40,063 nucleotides of DNA. Source: a virus. Taxonomy: Duplodnaviria; Caudoviricetes. The notes below the pieces were generated by a model. That model ran no database searches and was not told where the DNA came from. It was given only the letters and a program-made list of their open reading frames with translations. This document shows, in pieces, positions 36,823-40,063 of this stretch. The position numbers and the translations under genes were made by a program. Where the stretch lies: positions 1 through 40,063 of IMG/VR virus record IMGVR_UViG_3300020043_005067. One strand, written 5' to 3'. The number at the start of each line of letters is the position of its first letter. Within the stretch, counting starts at the first letter, position 1.

Positions 36823-37342
36823 CCTGCTTCTTTTCTTATTTGTGCTGATGGCAATTGCTATCAGTATGGCATCCTGCAAAGTTTGCCCTGAGATTGTTAC
36901 GACTTCACAAGTTGATACCAATGCCATCATTCAGAATGTGGAAAGGCAAACCAGATACAAGGATTCAGTGGCATTTGAAATGAGAGTTGATTCATTGGTT
37001 AAGTTATTCAATGATGCACTATTTAAAGCCTCACAACCGGACGTTGAATTCACGCCCACCACCATTGCCACAAAGAAGCAGGGAGGCACTGCGGCTAATG
37101 TAAGGCTGTATAAAGACAGCCTGAACAATCTGCAACTAACTATTGACCTGTTGACCGATTCACTTTATAAGTATCAGGAAAAGGACACGACTATTTATAT
37201 CAGACAAGTGGATCATGATGTAGTAAAGGTTTGCCCGTATTTTCCAAAGTGGGTTCATTCATCCATGTTAATCGTTCCGCTGATACTATTTGCAACCTTC
37301 GGACTTATTTGTCTGGTGGTGATTATTGTCGGGAAAATGTAG
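36803..37342 (+). CDS. putative unimolecular spanin
   Basis: Lipoprotein signal ending MAS|C plus a C-terminal TM helix, last gene of the lysis cassette. Confidence 0.65.
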   Translation: MKRQTTDLLLFLFVLMAIAISMASCKVCPEIVTTSQVDTNAIIQNVERQTRYKDSVAFEMRVDSLVKLFNDALFKASQPDVEFTPTTIATKKQGGTAANVRLYKDSLNNLQLTIDLLTDSLYKYQEKDTTIYIRQVDHDVVKVCPYFPKWVHSSMLIVPLILFATFGLICLVVIIVGKM

Positions 37343-37350
37343 TATATTTG
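37343..37350 (+). promoter_or_regulatory. -7 promoter element
   Basis: TATATTTG ahead of a monocistronic gene. Confidence 0.6.
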
Positions 37351-37420
37351 TAATATGTAAAAAGGAGTATTCCGAAAATCCTTCAAAGAGTAGGAAAAAC
37401 CATGAAAAAATAAAAAGAAA

Positions 37421-37618
37421 ATGGTTACTTATTTTAACAAAAAAGACCTTGTAAGTTTTGGCTCTTACTTGCTGTCTGAAAAACGAAAAGCCATGTTTCA
37501 ATCATCATTCGATGAGGCAATAAAAAACGGAGCTAAGATTCCATTTCCGGTAGAAGATTCCTTGAAAGAAGTTCATCATGCCGACATTGAAAACTGGATA
37601 GAAATTTCCAAAGAGTAA
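37421..37618 (+). CDS. small moron protein
   Basis: FNKKDLVSFG.YLLS..R...V.HADIENW; has its own promoter and terminator. Confidence 0.75.
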   Translation: MVTYFNKKDLVSFGSYLLSEKRKAMFQSSFDEAIKNGAKIPFPVEDSLKEVHHADIENWIEISKE

Positions 37619-37659
37619 TTATTGTGTGTTCCAGGTCTTTATAAGTAAATTTTGTCACT

Positions 37660-37684
37660 AGCCATCCTTCGGGGTGGCTTTTTT
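37660..37684 (+). terminator. intrinsic terminator
   Basis: AGCCATCC-TTCG-GGGTGGCT followed by a T run. Confidence 0.85.
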
Positions 37685-37784
37685 ATTTGCCATCATTTCG
37701 ACAGACTAATCGAAATGATCTCTTGCCTGTTTCGATATTTCTTGACTGTTTGAAATACCTACTATCATTAATACCGACATCAGC

Positions 37785-37810
37785 TTTTTGCTTAATCGGT
37801 TAAGCAAAAA
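37785..37810. repeat. perfect 11-4-11 inverted repeat
   Basis: TTTTTGCTTAA-tcgg-TTAAGCAAAAA. Confidence 0.7.
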
Positions 37811-37937
37811 ATTCATTTTTGTACTACTCAAGCACATAGTTCAATTATAAGTAATTAATCTTGTGCATGATGCATGAACACGAAAACAAGCATAAAATAT
37901 GCACGGAAAATCGTAAAAAATATGTAAAGGACTACCC

Positions 37938-38327
37938 CTAAAAATCTATCACAATTTTATTGGCATCCAACCGGACACGACCTGCACGACCAATCCATTT
38001 ATGAGAATCAACGATAACGATGGTCCCGATTAATGTAAGCAGACCACCAATACCGGCAACTATTACGGGTGCATTGGAATTCTCATTGCCCTGACCATTT
38101 CCCAGCCCTTCAAATAACAGCCCTGCACTTCCTGCAGCAATGCCACTCATGGTTAAGATTGTTCCGGTACGGTACTCGCTATCGCAATAATCTAAATACG
38201 TACTCATCCGGTTAATTGCCCGTGCCTGTTCCTGTAATGCTGTTACTATTTTACTATTGATGGAATCCTGCACCTGAGAGAATGAAAGAGCCGGTAATAA
38301 TACCAGAATGATAAGTAATTTTTTCAT
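37938..38327 (-). CDS. exported/membrane protein (signal peptide + two Gly-rich TM segments)
   Basis: MKKLLIILVLLPALSFS|Q. Confidence 0.75.
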   Translation of the reverse strand: MKKLLIILVLLPALSFSQVQDSINSKIVTALQEQARAINRMSTYLDYCDSEYRTGTILTMSGIAAGSAGLLFEGLGNGQGNENSNAPVIVAGIGGLLTLIGTIVIVDSHKWIGRAGRVRLDANKIVIDF

Positions 38328-38376
38328 TTGTATAGGTTTTTAATTGGTGGCAATTTACTGTTTTTTTGTGTAGCTG

Positions 38377-38646
38377 TCAATAACACCCTGTAAGGTGGTT
38401 ACTAATCCCCGAAGAAATTTTACTTCTTTTTCCAGTGCTGCATAGTTTTCGGTCAGGTGCTTTTTTATCCCAATCATATTTAGTGTATTGCTTTGCCTTT
38501 CCTGCTCCGTCAATGCCTATTTTACCTCCATCCATATCTATTCCGTATGGTGGGTCAACTATTGCTAAATCAAAGTGTTTGTCAGGGTATTTAGCCATAA
38601 GTTCCATATTGTCGCAATTAAATAATTCTATTTTCCCTTCGCTCAT
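38377..38646 (-). pseudogene. truncated beta-class DNA methyltransferase
   Basis: N.DNME.M...PDK.FDLAIVDPPYGI...WD...PD, then resemblance ends; no SAM-binding motif I. Confidence 0.75.
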
Positions 38647-38741
38647 TTTTTGTTTTTTTTGAACACGAAATTGTCAAACGGAGACTGAATGTAGCCCTTG
38701 CTTATAGCATTGGTTAGTAGTATTGTAGCTTTTGTACTCAT
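38643..38741 (-). CDS. 32-aa hypothetical peptide
   Basis: Read by hand: MSTKATILLTNAISKGYIQSPFDNFVFKKNKK*; coupled at both ends. Confidence 0.4.
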   Translation of the reverse strand: MSTKATILLTNAISKGYIQSPFDNFVFKKNKK

Positions 38742-38911
38742 TACACCGCCTGTTTAAACTTCTTAACTACCTGACCGGTTGCATACTCCTGAATAGCGGA
38801 CTTGCCGTTAGTGTCAATCAGTGATTTACGCAGGTAAATAACCAGTGGCACTTTCTTATCTGCCACCGGCTTACGCCCAGCGTTCGACTTCCTCTGTTTT
38901 TTTGTTGCCAT
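38741..38911 (-). CDS. small DNA-binding protein (AGRKP + ribbon-helix-helix-like), 56 aa
   Basis: Read by hand: MATKKQRKSNAGRKPVADKKVPLVIYLRKSLIDTNGKSAIQEYATGQVVKKFKQAV*. Confidence 0.65.
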   Translation of the reverse strand: MATKKQRKSNAGRKPVADKKVPLVIYLRKSLIDTNGKSAIQEYATGQVVKKFKQAV

Positions 38912-38931
38912 TATTTGTATAATTGTGCTGA

Positions 38932-38964
38932 CAAAGATATAAATTAATTTTGTAATTTAGCAAA
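38932..38964 (-). promoter_or_regulatory. leftward promoter
   Basis: Minus TTTG(38964-38961)-N21-TATCTTTG(38939-38932). Confidence 0.75.
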
Positions 38965-39062
38965 TGATTAAATAATATAAAATATTAATGTTGAATATCA
39001 GTCAGTTAGATTAATTGTAATTAAATATTCTATTTTATATAACATTTTATTGAATTGTAGCG

Positions 39063-39070
39063 TATATTTG
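39063..39070 (+). promoter_or_regulatory. rightward early promoter -7 element
   Basis: TATATTTG at the end of a very AT-rich spacer. Confidence 0.7.
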
Positions 39071-39090
39071 CAAAATCAAATTCAAGCCAA

Positions 39091-39282
39091 ATGATCTACG
39101 TATCTAAATTCACTAACAAAGCCTATCCAAAGGAAGGTAGAGCGGTAAGCTCCCAGCAGGTTCACGTTAACCTGAATCATTACGACAAAGTTGGCGGTGA
39201 TGCTATCTACGACCACTATGAATTGAAGCCGGAACTACGGACGGCAGTAAGCAATAATAAGGCACAAATACTTTACAGATAA
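39091..39282 (+). CDS. hypothetical early protein
   Basis: First gene after the promoter; TAATG coupling. Confidence 0.6.
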   Translation: MIYVSKFTNKAYPKEGRAVSSQQVHVNLNHYDKVGGDAIYDHYELKPELRTAVSNNKAQILYR

Positions 39283-39485
39283 TGCCATCAGGACTAATAG
39301 AATTAACCGATCCCTACTTCCGCACTATACAGGTTGACTACTATATCCAGCGTGGCAGCATCAGTGAACCTGATGAAATAACCATTAATCAGGTAGAATA
39401 CAAAGGGCGCAAGGTGAAACGGTTCATACGTCCCGCAAACATAAAATGGATTGAAAGAAAAACATTAGAAACAGTAACGGAATAA
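39282..39485 (+). CDS. hypothetical early protein
   Basis: 67-aa ORF. Confidence 0.6.
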   Translation: MPSGLIELTDPYFRTIQVDYYIQRGSISEPDEITINQVEYKGRKVKRFIRPANIKWIERKTLETVTE

Positions 39486-39506
39486 CTCAAATAAATATAT
39501 ATACCA

Positions 39507-40063
39507 ATGAAAACAACATTCACAAAAGAGTACATCATGCAGGAAAGAGGCTGCTATGAGCCGGAACAGGTCAATCAATTATCATTCATTAACCTTCCTG
39601 AAATCACCATTCACGACATTATTAATTCTGAAATACCGCTTAAAGATAAGTTTTGGTTTTTCATTAAAAAATGTGATTTACCCGATAATGACAAGAGGTT
39701 AATTGCTATTCAATGTGCTGAATTAGTGCTTCATATTTATGAAGAAGAATATCCTAATGACGACAGACCAAGAAAAGCAATTCAGGCAGCCAAAGATTAT
39801 CTGAACGGAACTATTGACCGTGCTGCTGCTGCTGCTGCTGCTGATGCTGCTTATGCTGCTGCTGCTGCTGCTTATGCTGCTGCTGCTGCTGTGCTGATGC
39901 TGCTGCTGATGCTGCTGCTTATGCTGCTGCTGATGCTGCTTATGCTGCTGCTGATGCTGCTTATGCTGCTGCTTCTGCTGATGCTTATGCTGCTGCTGCT
40001 GCTGCTTATTATTGTGATGATGCTGATTATTCTGATGTTCGTGCTGCTGCTTATTATGACTTT
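39507..40063 (+). CDS. Imm5-like domain protein with Ala/Tyr/Asp repeats (partial, runs off the end)
   Basis: Read by hand: MKTTFTKEYIMQERGCY...AIQCAELVLHIYEEEYPNDDRPRKAIQAAKDYLNG...AAYAA; no stop before the window end. Confidence 0.75.
   Translation, partial: MKTTFTKEYIMQERGCYEPEQVNQLSFINLPEITIHDIINSEIPLKDKFWFFIKKCDLPDNDKRLIAIQCAELVLHIYEEEYPNDDRPRKAIQAAKDYLNGTIDRAAAAAAADAAYAAAAAAYAAAAAVLMLLLMLLLMLLLMLLMLLLMLLMLLLLLMLMLLLLLLIIVMMLIILMFVLLLIMT
39822..40057 (+). repeat. GCT-based trinucleotide microsatellite
   Basis: (GCT)n interrupted mainly by GAT and TAT; phase break at 39891-39892. Confidence 0.95.

Larger units (their letters stand above)
1..40063. mobile_element. Near-complete tailed dsDNA phage genome (siphovirus-like), probable Bacteroidota host
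   Basis: Terminase, portal, capsid, tail tube, tape measure, lysis, recombination and replication modules all present; no bacterial housekeeping genes; TAnnTTTG promoters; early operon at the right end appears to continue at the left end. Confidence 0.93.

Noticed and set aside
37828-37855. dif/Xer site
   Set aside because: Right arm TTATAAGTAAT is only loosely XerD-like and the CATA arm spacing does not fit 11-6-11
39822-40063. NNT-only codons as a diversity-generating retroelement variable region
   Set aside because: No reverse transcriptase or template repeat seen; composition is GCT-dominated slippage rather than adenine-specific randomisation
1-40063. Alternative genetic code (stop-codon reassignment)
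   Set aside because: Long genes are intact and coding density is high under the standard code; TAA, TAG and TGA all end coupled genes

Overview
The window looks like a near-complete (~40 kb) genome of a long-tailed dsDNA phage (siphovirus-type Caudoviricetes). The host is probably a Bacteroidota species, inferred from repeated TAnnTTTG promoters, A-rich leaders without Shine-Dalgarno sequences, and a signal peptide cleaved before Gln. Gene order on the + strand: early and recombination genes (SSB-like, HNH, Rad52/Sak, YqaJ exonuclease, methyltransferase); replication (DUF1376-like initiator with an internal T5orf172/GIY-YIG domain, putative loader, DUF1064 nuclease, MazG-like); TerS/TerL; tail chaperone with a -1 frameshift; tail proteins; tape measure; protease-scaffold; major capsid; tail tube; portal; adaptor; fibres; lysis cassette; morons; and a divergent promoter switch at ~38.9-39.1 kb that leads back into the early operon. 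I saw no integrase, CI-type repressor, tRNA, CRISPR array or reverse transcriptase. The most interesting signals are: (1) a P1 c4/P4 CI-like antisense RNA architecture (target-RNA-target plus leader ORF) in front of the replication initiator; (2) two short antisense units, each with its own promoter and terminator, against the Sak leader and behind TerL; (3) a shared 15-bp operator family over three promoters; (4) structural-region proteins with Sec signal peptides; (5) a conserved AACAACCCTA leader motif before virion genes. Bases 1-121 are an exact inverted copy of 39674-39794, probably an assembly artefact next to a GCT microsatellite. All product calls come from motif recognition and gene context; no database search was run.
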